From assembly GCA_027483445.1 (NCBI GenBank), contig JAIXUS010000078.1, forward strand, positions 24,792 through 88,791: a stretch of DNA of 64,000 nucleotides, in the 5' to 3' direction. The position numbers were made by a program, and so were the translations under genes. Positions 1 to 9,529 of this stretch are shown here, piece after piece. The notes beneath the pieces were generated by a model. That model was not told the DNA's origin. It worked only from the letters and a program-made list of their open reading frames with translations, and did no database searches. Positions within the stretch are counted from its first letter, which is position 1, and every line of letters begins with the position of its first letter. This stretch comes from Bacteroidota bacterium. Its GTDB lineage: Bacteria; Bacteroidota; Bacteroidia; M30B66.

Positions 1-2
1 AC

Positions 3-3000
3 AACGAGATTGCCGATTACCGGTACGAAGGCTTCGTGTCTACGCCCGGATTTAATCTCAATGCCTTGATTCCCACAAAGCCAACTGTGGGTGTTTTGGT
101 GGGCGATGCGATTATTCAGGGAGAGAGTTTCAATCCCGACCGACTGATCGCTTCGCTCGATGGAAGCATTCAATCCATCGACCTTGCCGGTTATGCCTAC
201 CGAAATTTGAAGTTCGTAGGCGAAGTGGCGAAAAACGTGTACAATGGAAATCTGCAGGTGAATGACCCCAATCTAATTTTGAGTTTCCAAGGGTTAGCAG
301 ATTTCTCAAAGCTGAATTCACGCTTCGATTTTAGCGCTTCGCTCGATAAACTAAACCTCACGGCACTTAAGCTACTGAAGCGCGATTCAGCCTTTATTGT
401 ATCTACGGAAGTGGTTTCGAATTTTACCGGCAATTCTATCGATAACCTCTTCGGTCAGATTGAGTTAAGCAACACGCTTTTTAAGTATGGAAGTCAGCGC
501 TACCGCATGGAAGACCTATTGCTTGAGGCCAGCGGAAACCCTTACGATCGGTTGATTTCGCTCACTTCCGATATGGCCGATGTGCAAGTTGAAGGTTCAT
601 TCCGCCTTGCTACAATGCCCGGGGCAATTTCGGATGTCTTAAACAGCTTCCTTCCCAGCTTTACGCTCATCGGAACAGGTCAGTCGCAAGACCCATTTCA
701 CCAAAACTTTCGGTACAGCGCCACCATTAAAAACATCAGTTTGTTGGAGGAGCTTTTTTTTCCCGACCTCAGCTTTCGAAAAACCACAACCATCAGCGGG
801 CGCTTCGATTCGGCCAGGCGACTGTTAAATGCTCAGGTTGATGCACCAGAATTCAATGCTTATGGCATTACGTTTAATCAGCTAAAAACATCGGCTATTG
901 CCGAAAACAGCCAGTTACAGATTGATGCCGTGAGTCCGGTGGTGAACATTACAGACAGCGTTAGGGTTCGCCATGTGCATCTAAGTTCTAATGCCGTTAC
1001 CGACAATTTGGGGCTTTCGTTGGAATGGGCTTCCAAGAATAACTTACAAGCCGCTGATGCCCAGTTGAATGCCAATGCTCTGTTTCAGGGTGAGTCCATC
1101 AGTGTTCGCCTCTTGCCTTCGATTCTTTTGGTGGGTGATTCGCTTTGGCAAGTGAACGAGGAGAACAAGCTTACCTATTCGGGTGGTAAGCTCGATATCG
1201 ACAATCTTTCGTTCATCCACAACACTGAATTTGTGCGTGTTGACGGGGTATTGAGCGATAATCCCAGTGACGAGGTAGACGTGGTTTTGGACAATTTCCA
1301 GCTTTCCAATCTAAATCCGTTTATTGCGGAGTCTGACCTGAGTTTGGGCGGTACAGCGAGGGGAATCATCACTTTGAGCGATTTAACCCGACAGCTGTTG
1401 TTTACCTCCAACCTTGATTTGAAGGGCATCAAGGTGAACAACGATGCAATTGGTGATGGCTCTTTGATTTCGGAGTGGGATCCGGATGGCAAACGGGTGT
1501 TGCTGGAGGGATTCCTGGGTACAACGGAGTTTAAAAAGCTGTCGTTCGACGGACACTTTACACCGGCCAAGAAGGAGAACAATCTTGATTTCGACATTGC
1601 CATCCGCAACCTGCGGCTAGAGCTTATAAAACCTTATGTGGATGACCTTTTCTCGCAGGTTTCGGGCTTACTCGATGGCGATTTACACCTGAGCGGTTCT
1701 CCCGAAAAACCGGTGCTCGATGGTGAGCTTTCGTTTGATAAACGTACTTTCCTCACCGTTGATTTGCTGAACACCCGTTACCAATTGATGGATAAGGTGT
1801 ATTTCAGAAAAAACCTCATCTTTTCGAAAAGCCTGAAGCTGCGCGACTCGCGTCAGAGTACTGCCAGTTGTGAGCTTACAGTGAAGCACAATTATTTTAA
1901 GGATTTCGACCTCGATATATTGATCAATGCCCAAAATCTTCAGGCGTTGAATACGGTTGAGGGACAAAGCGATTTATTCTTTGGTACCGCCTACGCTACC
2001 GGAACATTCAGGGCTTATGGTAAACTCGACAACATTAAAATGGACATCAATGCCAAAACGGAGAAAGGTACGGTGTTCAATTTGCCGTTGAGTGGTGCAG
2101 GCGATGTGAGTCAGCAAGACTTCATTGTATTCGAAACGCCGGATTCGAAGGCTGCTGAAACTTCTAAAATTCAGAAGAAAACGGAGTACAAGGGGTATGA
2201 GTTGAACTTTAACTTAGAGATTACCCCGGATGCTGAGGCGCGGCTGTTGTTCGACCCCAAGGTGGGTGATGTAATTTCGGGCAATGGCAGTGCGAATTTA
2301 CAGCTTGAGGTTACTGAGGCGGGCGAGTTCAACATTTACGGCGATTATCAAATCGAGAAGGGGGAGTACCTCTTCACCCTGCAAAACATCATTAACAAAA
2401 AGTTTATGGTACGCAAGGGCGGTCAGATTCGCTTCCGTGGCGACCCTTATGATGCCGACATTGACCTTGCAGCCATTTACAGGGTGCGCACTTCGCTCTT
2501 CAACCTTGTGCGAAACATCGACTCTTCGGCTGCGGTAAAACGTCCGATTGACGTAGATGCCACCATGTATTTGAGTGATAAGCTCATGAAACCGACGATT
2601 AAATTCGACATTCAGCTGCCCAATGCCGACGACCAAATGAGAAACCTTCTTAAGTCGCAGATTGTGAGTGAAGACGACCTGAATCGCCAGGTTTTCGCGC
2701 TCGTGTTGTTCAGGGGTTTTCTGCCTAGCTTTCAGGGGGCTACAGATATTGGTAGCGTGAGCAACAATGGCTTTGAGTTGGTTTCCAGTCAGCTTTCGAA
2801 CATGCTTTCGCAGTTTAGCAAGGACATTAACATTGGTGTGAATTATAACCAGGGTGATGGCATTGCCGGCGACCAGGTGAACTTCGATTTTTCTACCCAG
2901 CTGTTCAACGATCGGGTAACGGTAGATGGCTCGGTGGGTACGATGGGTGGAGCGACAACCACCAACACCACTAAAAACACCACGAACATGGTGGGTGAAT

Positions 3001-3188
3001 TCAACATTGAGGTAAAAGTAACGCCCGATGGCGCCATTCGGATTAAGGTATTCAACCGATCCAATCAATACCTGCTGGTTACCAACGACGTTCCGTACAC
3101 GCAAGGAGTAGGGGTGTTTTACAGGCGCGAGTTTGACACCGTTGAAGAGTTAAAACCCAAGAAAAAAAGAGACAAAGCAAACCGATAG
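3..3188 (+). CDS. tamB: Translocation/assembly module TamB (DUF490) family protein, 5'-truncated by the window edge
   Basis: Frame is open from base 3 (ORF track starts at GTG 36). Long beta-rich repeats and C-terminal TamB-type segments (GEFNIYGDYQIEKGEYLF, GGQIRFRGDPYDADIDL, DIQLPNA, NRQVFALV). Confidence 0.85.
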   Translation, partial: NEIADYRYEGFVSTPGFNLNALIPTKPTVGVLVGDAIIQGESFNPDRLIASLDGSIQSIDLAGYAYRNLKFVGEVAKNVYNGNLQVNDPNLILSFQGLADFSKLNSRFDFSASLDKLNLTALKLLKRDSAFIVSTEVVSNFTGNSIDNLFGQIELSNTLFKYGSQRYRMEDLLLEASGNPYDRLISLTSDMADVQVEGSFRLATMPGAISDVLNSFLPSFTLIGTGQSQDPFHQNFRYSATIKNISLLEELFFPDLSFRKTTTISGRFDSARRLLNAQVDAPEFNAYGITFNQLKTSAIAENSQLQIDAVSPVVNITDSVRVRHVHLSSNAVTDNLGLSLEWASKNNLQAADAQLNANALFQGESISVRLLPSILLVGDSLWQVNEENKLTYSGGKLDIDNLSFIHNTEFVRVDGVLSDNPSDEVDVVLDNFQLSNLNPFIAESDLSLGGTARGIITLSDLTRQLLFTSNLDLKGIKVNNDAIGDGSLISEWDPDGKRVLLEGFLGTTEFKKLSFDGHFTPAKKENNLDFDIAIRNLRLELIKPYVDDLFSQVSGLLDGDLHLSGSPEKPVLDGELSFDKRTFLTVDLLNTRYQLMDKVYFRKNLIFSKSLKLRDSRQSTASCELTVKHNYFKDFDLDILINAQNLQALNTVEGQSDLFFGTAYATGTFRAYGKLDNIKMDINAKTEKGTVFNLPLSGAGDVSQQDFIVFETPDSKAAETSKIQKKTEYKGYELNFNLEITPDAEARLLFDPKVGDVISGNGSANLQLEVTEAGEFNIYGDYQIEKGEYLFTLQNIINKKFMVRKGGQIRFRGDPYDADIDLAAIYRVRTSLFNLVRNIDSSAAVKRPIDVDATMYLSDKLMKPTIKFDIQLPNADDQMRNLLKSQIVSEDDLNRQVFALVLFRGFLPSFQGATDIGSVSNNGFELVSSQLSNMLSQFSKDINIGVNYNQGDGIAGDQVNFDFSTQLFNDRVTVDGSVGTMGGATTTNTTKNTTNMVGEFNIEVKVTPDGAIRIKVFNRSNQYLLVTNDVPYTQGVGVFYRREFDTVEELKPKKKRDKANR

Positions 3189-3227
3189 AGCCTTGAATCT
3201 GTTTGCTTACTGAAGCTCAATTCCACT

Positions 3228-3235
3228 TACCTTTG
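3228..3235 (+). promoter_or_regulatory. Bacteroidetes sigma-A -7 element TACCTTTG, with TTTG (-33-like) at 3202-3205
   Basis: Matches the TAnnTTTG consensus directly upstream of ATG 3241. Confidence 0.6.
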
Positions 3236-3240
3236 AGGCA

Positions 3241-4704
3241 ATGCGTAAACACCTCATTTTTCTTTTTCTGTTAGCCGGTTTATCGGCCACGGCCAAAAGT
3301 GGTAAACCGCAGGCTGTTCTTCTTCACAGCTGCTTTATGATGTCGGGCAAAAACCCGTATGTCGAAACCTTTTTGATGGTAAGAGGAAGCAGCGTGCAAT
3401 ACCGAAAAAACGACTACGGAAATTACCAGGCCAGCATCGAAGTGATTCTAACACTCTCAGAAGGTGGGGTCATCCGCTTTGCGGACAAATACAATTTATT
3501 AAGCCCTGAAACCCAGGATTCGCTTACCGAGAACTTCAATTTCATCGACCAACAACGAATCCCTGTTCCAAACGGGCAGTATAGTCTGGGCATCCGAATT
3601 AAAGACCTTCATGCCGATGGTGAGGCGATTGAAGCCGAAGTGCATGTAAGCGTAAATTTTGCACCTGACTCAATTACTATTTCTGATATTCAGCTCATTG
3701 AGCGTTACGAAAAGGCCGAAAAGCCAGGTCCACTCTACAAAGGCGGCTTTACATTGGTTCAGAAACTGGGCGATTTTTATCCGGTTGATGAAAACCGATT
3801 GGCTTTTTATGCAGAAGTGTACCGGAGTTTAGAACGCTTAGGTGAAAATCAGAAATACCTGTTAAGCTGGCATATCGACGACCGTAAATCAGGCAAGCGA
3901 ATGGAGGAATACAGCGGCTTTCGTCGATTTACAACAGCCATGGTAAATAGCGCACTGGCCGAAATTGACATCAGTCGTTTGCCCTCCGGCGAATATTCCT
4001 TACAGCTTGAGGTGAGAGACCAGCAAAACACGGTGCAGCAAAGCAAAAAGCTGAATTTCTCGCGTTACAATCCGCAACAAATCACAAATCTGGAAAGCCT
4101 TGTCACCGTTGTTACAGCGGGGTCGTTTGCCGAGAATTATAAAAACCCCGACAGTTTGGCGGAGCATATTCGCTGCCTTTCGCCCATTTCGTCGCCCATG
4201 GAGCGGACATTCGCAGGTAATCTGTTGAAGGAGAAGAACCTCGAAAACATGAAGCAGTATTTTCTCACCTTTTGGGAAAACCGCGATGCCAAAGAGCCTT
4301 CTAAGGCTTGGGAAACCTATTACCTCGAGGTTCGTAAGGTGCAGAATTCCTTCGGAACATCAATTAAGAAAGGCTACAGCACCGATCGGGGCCGTGTGTA
4401 TTTGCAGTATGGGCCTCCCGATAACCGAACTGTAAGTTTGCGCGAACCATCGGCTTACCCTTACGAAATCTGGCATTATTACAAGATGAAGAACCAAACC
4501 AACCGGCGATTCGTTTTTTACAATCCCGACTTGGTTACCAACGACTTCTCATTACTCCATTCAGATGCTTTGGGCGAGCCTCAAAACGATCAGTGGATGT
4601 TCTTCATTATGAAGCGCGACACGCAAACGAACGACATAGACGCGGAGATTTCCGACCCTCATTTTGGTTCGCAGCTTCGCGAAAATTTCCTAACGCCCCG
4701 TTAA
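3241..4704 (+). CDS. GWxTD domain-containing protein (signal peptide, N-terminal beta-sandwich)
   Basis: GYSTDRGRVYLQYGPP and YEIWHYY motifs of the GWxTD family. Confidence 0.85.
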   Translation: MRKHLIFLFLLAGLSATAKSGKPQAVLLHSCFMMSGKNPYVETFLMVRGSSVQYRKNDYGNYQASIEVILTLSEGGVIRFADKYNLLSPETQDSLTENFNFIDQQRIPVPNGQYSLGIRIKDLHADGEAIEAEVHVSVNFAPDSITISDIQLIERYEKAEKPGPLYKGGFTLVQKLGDFYPVDENRLAFYAEVYRSLERLGENQKYLLSWHIDDRKSGKRMEEYSGFRRFTTAMVNSALAEIDISRLPSGEYSLQLEVRDQQNTVQQSKKLNFSRYNPQQITNLESLVTVVTAGSFAENYKNPDSLAEHIRCLSPISSPMERTFAGNLLKEKNLENMKQYFLTFWENRDAKEPSKAWETYYLEVRKVQNSFGTSIKKGYSTDRGRVYLQYGPPDNRTVSLREPSAYPYEIWHYYKMKNQTNRRFVFYNPDLVTNDFSLLHSDALGEPQNDQWMFFIMKRDTQTNDIDAEISDPHFGSQLRENFLTPR

Positions 4705-5561
4705 TGCTGTATTGGCTCATCCGCAGTGTTGGAGCCTTACCGGCACTGTTGCCCCTTCGGATGCTTTATCCTTTATCTACAGCACTTTCCTGGTTTACAG
4801 GTGCCTTGTTTGGCTATCGCCGGATGGTTGTAGAGCAAAACCTTCGCAACGCATTCCCAGACTTTAGTCCAGCACAATTGCGCGAAGCGGTAAAACAGTT
4901 TTACATGCATTTTACCGACACCCTGGTTGAAACCTATGCCATGCTGGCCATGCGCAAGGATAGGCTCCCTCAACGCATTCGTGTGAAAAATCCTGAATTG
5001 CTGAACCATTATTTCGCCCAGGGGAAATCGGTAATTGCGGTTGGTGGTCACTTCGGCAACTGGGAATGGCTGGGTACCGCGCTGCCTTTGCTCAGCCGCT
5101 ACCCCGTATTGGCTGCCTACCGTCCGCTGTCGAACCCGAGTGTCGACAAATTGATGCGCGAAATTCGCAGCATTCATGGAACCAGACTTCTGCCCGACAC
5201 GCAGATTTATCGAGCCATGCGCAGTAGCACCGAACCCGTGCTCACCTACCTGATAGCCGATCAGAGTCCGCTTCCTGAAAACGCGCGCTGGCTCCGGTTT
5301 TTAAATCAGGAAACCCCTGTTTTTATGGGACCCGAAAAAATGGCCCGCGCATGCAATGCCGTTGTTGTATTTTTGGCCATGCGACGCATTCAACGAGGCT
5401 ATTATGAAGTGGAGGTGCTGCCGGTGACGGAAAACCCTATGGAGGAAGACGATCTGGCCATCACCAAACGCCATGTTCAACTGCTCGAAAATGAAATTCG
5501 GACTATGCCTTCAGCATGGCTCTGGTCGCACAAACGCTGGAAACACCGCAAGCCGCAATGA
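4704..5561 (+). CDS. Lipid A biosynthesis / lysophospholipid acyltransferase (LpxL/HtrB family)
   Basis: GGHFGNWE, IADQSP, FMGPEKMA, WLWSHKRWK motifs. Start moved to ATG 4704 (TAATG overlap with the upstream stop). Confidence 0.88.
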   Translation: MLYWLIRSVGALPALLPLRMLYPLSTALSWFTGALFGYRRMVVEQNLRNAFPDFSPAQLREAVKQFYMHFTDTLVETYAMLAMRKDRLPQRIRVKNPELLNHYFAQGKSVIAVGGHFGNWEWLGTALPLLSRYPVLAAYRPLSNPSVDKLMREIRSIHGTRLLPDTQIYRAMRSSTEPVLTYLIADQSPLPENARWLRFLNQETPVFMGPEKMARACNAVVVFLAMRRIQRGYYEVEVLPVTENPMEEDDLAITKRHVQLLENEIRTMPSAWLWSHKRWKHRKPQ

Positions 5562-6583
5562 GAATCGCTGTAGTTATTCTAAATTGGAACGGGCTGCATT
5601 TGCTTAGGCAATTTCTCCCCGGCGTTATCCGGTTTTCGCCGAACGCAGAGGTAGTTGTGGCCGACAATGCCTCCACCGACGATTCGGTGCGCATGCTCAA
5701 GGAGGAGTTTCCATCAGTTCGAATCATCAATATTCCTACAAATAAAGGCTATACCGGTGGCTATAATGAGGCCCTTCGGGATATTCATGCGGAATATTGC
5801 GTGTTACTCAATTCTGATATTGAAGTCACAGAAAACTGGCTGAATCCGGTTATCGCGTTGATGGATTCGGATAGTAATATTGGAGCTGTGCAGCCTAAAA
5901 TCAGGGCTTTCAAGCAAAGGTCGCACTTCGAATATGCAGGTGCTGCGGGTGGCTATCTCGATCGCTTGGGTTTTCCATTTTGTCGCGGGCGTATTTTTGA
6001 GGTTTTGGAGGAGGATTTGGGGCAATACGACGACACCCGCGAGGTGTTTTGGGCCTCTGGTGCCTGCATGTTTGTGCGCACAGAGGTTTTTCGGGCCTGC
6101 GAGGGCTTCGATGAGAGCTTTTTTGCCCACATGGAAGAAATTGACCTCTGTTGGCGGATGAAGAACCAAGGCTGGAAGGTAATGTACGAGCCTAACTCTG
6201 TGGTTTTCCACATTGGAGGCGGAACCCTCGACAAATCGAATTGGAAGAAGACCTATTTCAATTTTCGGAATAACCTCGAGTTGATGTACAAAAACATCGA
6301 GGATAAGTACCTGTTTCGGAGCCTTTTTGTGCGTATGCTGTTGGATGGCGTTGCGGCATTCAAGTTTTTGTTCTCGAACGGATTTTCTCATTTCTGGGCC
6401 ATTTTAAGGGCACATTTGCATTTTTACCGTTTACTGCCTCAAATTCGTCAGAAGCGCCGCGCACTCAAAAAGAAGGTGCGAAACCGAAACAGTACAGGTG
6501 TTTACATGGGCTCAGTGGTAATCGATTATTTCATCCGCGGTAAGCGGAGTTTCAAAGCTTTACCTATTGACCCTCAACGTTAG
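5558..6583 (+). CDS. Glycosyltransferase family 2 protein
   Basis: VVILNWNG, VVADNASTD, LLNSD, FWASGAC, HMEEIDLCWR. ATGA overlap with the upstream stop at 5558. Confidence 0.9.
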   Translation: MRIAVVILNWNGLHLLRQFLPGVIRFSPNAEVVVADNASTDDSVRMLKEEFPSVRIINIPTNKGYTGGYNEALRDIHAEYCVLLNSDIEVTENWLNPVIALMDSDSNIGAVQPKIRAFKQRSHFEYAGAAGGYLDRLGFPFCRGRIFEVLEEDLGQYDDTREVFWASGACMFVRTEVFRACEGFDESFFAHMEEIDLCWRMKNQGWKVMYEPNSVVFHIGGGTLDKSNWKKTYFNFRNNLELMYKNIEDKYLFRSLFVRMLLDGVAAFKFLFSNGFSHFWAILRAHLHFYRLLPQIRQKRRALKKKVRNRNSTGVYMGSVVIDYFIRGKRSFKALPIDPQR

Positions 6584-6589
6584 CCGACC

Positions 6590-7171
6590 ATGGAAAACCC
6601 ATTTGTGCTCAGTTTAGACCAGATTTTCACGGTAACGCTTACCCTTTTTGCCATCATCGATATTGTGGGCTCTGTTCCGGTTTTGGTTTCGATGAAGAGT
6701 AAAATTGGCGATGTAAATCCCGGTAAAGCCACCCTTGCTTCAGGTTTTTTGATGATTGCCTTCCTGGCTTTCGGGGCGCCGTTTTTAAATATGCTCGGCG
6801 TCGATTTGAAGTCGTTTGCCGTGGCCGGCTCCATTGTTATTTTCATTATGGGCCTCGAAATGGTGATGGGCATTGAACTTTTCCGCCAAGACCCTGATGT
6901 AGGTTCGGGAAGCATTGTACCTGTGGCTTTTCCGATTATTGCTGGTTCGGGAACACTCACCACCATTATGTCGTTGCGCGCCGATTATGGCGTGTACAAC
7001 ATTCTCATTGGAATTCTGATTAATCTCATCGCAGTTTATCTGGTGCTTCGTTCAATCAATTTTCTGGAACGGAAGCTCGGTAAGAGCGGGCTATTCGTTA
7101 TCCGAAAGTTCTTCGGACTGATTTTATTGGCCATTGCCATTAAGATATTTCGCAACAACCTCGGGGTTTAG
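6590..7171 (+). CDS. MarC family integral membrane protein
   Basis: Six hydrophobic segments; PVAFPIIAGSGTLTT and FFGLILLAIAI motifs. Confidence 0.88.
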   Translation: MENPFVLSLDQIFTVTLTLFAIIDIVGSVPVLVSMKSKIGDVNPGKATLASGFLMIAFLAFGAPFLNMLGVDLKSFAVAGSIVIFIMGLEMVMGIELFRQDPDVGSGSIVPVAFPIIAGSGTLTTIMSLRADYGVYNILIGILINLIAVYLVLRSINFLERKLGKSGLFVIRKFFGLILLAIAIKIFRNNLGV

Positions 7172-7207
7172 TCGCATTTCGGCCTGTTTGGTTTTGGCTT
7201 TCCCTTG

Positions 7208-7229
7208 CGGGGATGACTTCCCGTTTATT
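7208..7229 (+). terminator. Possible weak intrinsic terminator after the operon ending in marC
   Basis: CGGGGA-TGAC-TTCCCG hairpin followed by TTTATT. Confidence 0.35.
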
Positions 7230-7247
7230 AATTTGTTAACAAATCAA
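7228..7247. promoter_or_regulatory. Palindrome TTAATTTGTTAACAAATCAA (perfect 14-bp core), candidate operator
   Basis: Core ATTTGTTAACAAAT is self-complementary; lies about 55 bp upstream of the -7 element of the NrtR-like gene. Confidence 0.35.
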
Positions 7248-7299
7248 TTGTTTGCATGATTAATTCGCATTGTTAAGTTTATTCGGTTAGCGTTTATGT

Positions 7300-7307
7300 A
7301 TCTTTGT
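7300..7307 (+). promoter_or_regulatory. Bacteroidetes -7 promoter element TATCTTTG
   Basis: TAnnTTTG match 25 bp upstream of ATG 7332. Confidence 0.55.
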
Positions 7308-7331
7308 GTTCGTAAACCTGTCAATAAAGCA

Positions 7332-8033
7332 ATGAATACACAAGAAGATGATCTTCGCTATTACTTCCGTTCGGCCTTTTCGGCGACGGTGGTTATTTTC
7401 GCGCTGGTTGATGGAAAACTGAACATATTGCTTCAGCGGCGTGACAAAGAGCCGTACAAAGGCAAATTTGGCTTACCAGCCTGCATGCTGTACCCCAATG
7501 ATGTGATTGAAGACCGTGTGGAGGACTTATTGCGTCAAACAACCGGCACAGCCCGATTTTACAAGAAGCAAATTCGAGCCTTCACAGACACTACGAGGCA
7601 TCCGTTAGGCCGTGTTATCAGTATTGGGTTTTATTCCATGGTGAATTACGGAGAGTGTGTCTTAGCCGACAATGCTGAGTTTGTTTGGATGGAGTACCGC
7701 ACTTTACCGACTTTACCTTTCGACCATAACGATATATCCGAAGCTGCGCACCGAAGGCTATTGGCCAAGTTAAGTACGCAGTTAGCCGGTTTTGAATTGT
7801 TGCCTGAGTTGTTTACGCTTAAACAGCTTCAGGAAATGTATGAATCGGTGCTTGGGCATTCGCTCGATAAGCGGAACTTTCGCCGCAAAGTGCTACGACA
7901 TGACGTAGTGCAGGAAACCGGACAGCACCTACAACCCTGGCATGAGAGCGGCAAAGCGCCAATGCTTTATCGGCTCGATCGTGAGACCTATGACCGCAAT
8001 CGCTCACTGGGTAAAGTGTACGACTTATTTTGA
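7332..8033 (+). CDS. NrtR-family Nudix/winged-HTH transcriptional regulator
   Basis: N-terminal Nudix fold with a degenerate Nudix box (LPACMLYPNDVIEDRVEDLLRQTTG); C-terminal wHTH ELFTLKQLQEMYESVLGHSLDKRNFRRKVL. Confidence 0.8.
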   Translation: MNTQEDDLRYYFRSAFSATVVIFALVDGKLNILLQRRDKEPYKGKFGLPACMLYPNDVIEDRVEDLLRQTTGTARFYKKQIRAFTDTTRHPLGRVISIGFYSMVNYGECVLADNAEFVWMEYRTLPTLPFDHNDISEAAHRRLLAKLSTQLAGFELLPELFTLKQLQEMYESVLGHSLDKRNFRRKVLRHDVVQETGQHLQPWHESGKAPMLYRLDRETYDRNRSLGKVYDLF

Positions 8034-8050
8034 GTCGATTTTTCTCTTTA

Positions 8051-8548
8051 TCAGACGTTTACCCGCCGGTCCCAAACCTGAAAACGCATGTCGAAGCCGT
8101 TTTTTTCGTCGGCTTTGTAGGTCAGTTCTAGCGAAAGCGACCATTCGCTGAAGTTGATTTGAGGAAAAAACGTATCGGCATCCGCCACGGTAGTGGCTAC
8201 CCTTGTTAAATAAAGCTTATTGGCGAAAGGAAGTGCCTCACGGTAGATTTGCCCACCTCCGATAACCATTACTTCAGCTTCATTTTCGACGAGGCTCAGT
8301 GCGCTTTGGAGGCTTTGTACCCGCTCAACTTCAGGAATTTCGGGCGCTGCGTTGCGGCTAATTACAATATTTCTTCGCTTGGGAAGAGGGCGGCCAATGC
8401 TGTCGTAGGTTTTTCGTCCCATGACTACGGGTTTACCCAATGTTTGCTGTTTGAACCAATTCAGGTCGGCCGGTAAATGCCATAAAAGCTGGTTGTTACG
8501 ACCAATAGCTCCTTGTTCGTCGATGGCCACGATTAGGGAGAGGCTCAT
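8051..8548 (-). CDS. folA: Dihydrofolate reductase
   Basis: [49 protein letters not shown]. Confidence 0.97.
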   Translation of the reverse strand: MSLSLIVAIDEQGAIGRNNQLLWHLPADLNWFKQQTLGKPVVMGRKTYDSIGRPLPKRRNIVISRNAAPEIPEVERVQSLQSALSLVENEAEVMVIGGGQIYREALPFANKLYLTRVATTVADADTFFPQINFSEWSLSLELTYKADEKNGFDMRFQVWDRRVNV

Positions 8549-9339
8549 ACCGAAACCTCCGCTTTAATGGCCGGGTGTGGATCGTAGTTGAGCAGCTGAA
8601 AGTCCTCATAGCGAAAGCTAAACAAGTCATTCACTTCCGGATTGAGTTGCATTTGAGGAAGCGGACGAAAATCTCTGCTCAGCTGTAGACGGGCCTGGTC
8701 GAGGTGGTTTAGGTAGAGGTGTACATCGCCAAAGGAATGGATGAATTCGCCGGGCTGGAGTCCGCAAACCTGCGCCAACATTAACGTAAAAAGGGCATAG
8801 GAGGCAATGTTGAAAGGAACGCCTAGGAAGGTATCGGCGGAGCGTTGGTACAATTGGCAGCTTAGCTTTCCTTCGGCTACGTAGAACTGAAAGAGGCAAT
8901 GGCAGGGCGGGAGTGCCATGTGCGGAATGTCGGCGGGGTTCCAGGCGCTAACGATGAGTCGGCGCGAATTGGGGTTTCGGCGAATTTGATTGAGCAGATC
9001 GGTAATTTGGTCTATGGTTTCACCATTTTTCCCTGGCCACGACCGCCATTGATAGCCATAAACAGGGCCAAGGTTTCCGTTTTCATCGGCCCACTCATCC
9101 CAAATGCTCACTCCATTCTCTTTCAGATATGCAATATTGGTATCGCCTTTAAGGAACCACAACAATTCGTGAATGATGGAGCGGACATGCAGCTTTTTGG
9201 TCGTGAGCAGAGGAAAACCTTCGCTTAAGTCGAACCGCATTTGGTAGCCAAAACTACTGAGCGTCCCTGTTCCTGTTCTGTCTTCTTTTTTCACCCCATT
9301 GTCGAGCAAATGCTGCAAGAGGTCGTGGTACTGTTTCAT
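8545..9339 (-). CDS. thyA: Thymidylate synthase
   Basis: [24 protein letters not shown] (catalytic Cys), [18 protein letters not shown]. Confidence 0.98.
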   Translation of the reverse strand: MKQYHDLLQHLLDNGVKKEDRTGTGTLSSFGYQMRFDLSEGFPLLTTKKLHVRSIIHELLWFLKGDTNIAYLKENGVSIWDEWADENGNLGPVYGYQWRSWPGKNGETIDQITDLLNQIRRNPNSRRLIVSAWNPADIPHMALPPCHCLFQFYVAEGKLSCQLYQRSADTFLGVPFNIASYALFTLMLAQVCGLQPGEFIHSFGDVHLYLNHLDQARLQLSRDFRPLPQMQLNPEVNDLFSFRYEDFQLLNYDPHPAIKAEVSV

Positions 9340-9496
9340 GTGGGGAAAAGTGGATAATCAAAAAACGGTAAACTTCTGCAATCGTTGGAGTTTACAGGGC
9401 TTAAGTTTTTCAAAAATTATGAGCCATGGTTTTGGTGTTTCCGGTTGACCGGGTTTTCAACAGCTCTCCTTATTTTTTTGAAAAGTATTGCTTGTT

Positions 9497-9522
9497 CGAC
9501 GGATTATTCGTCGCTATATTTG
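9497..9522 (+). promoter_or_regulatory. dinB promoter: palindrome CGACG-N7-CGTCG (9497-9513) abutting the -7 element TATATTTG (9515-9522)
   Basis: Both motifs read directly from the sequence; ATG is at 9530. Confidence 0.5.
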
Positions 9523-9529
9523 TTCATCC

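Noticed and set aside
2298-3104. Long antisense or alternate-frame ORFs (e.g. 2298-3104, 5804-6391, 30837-31657)
   Set aside because: They lie inside well-supported genes, have no recognisable motifs, and are the expected shadows of codon bias.
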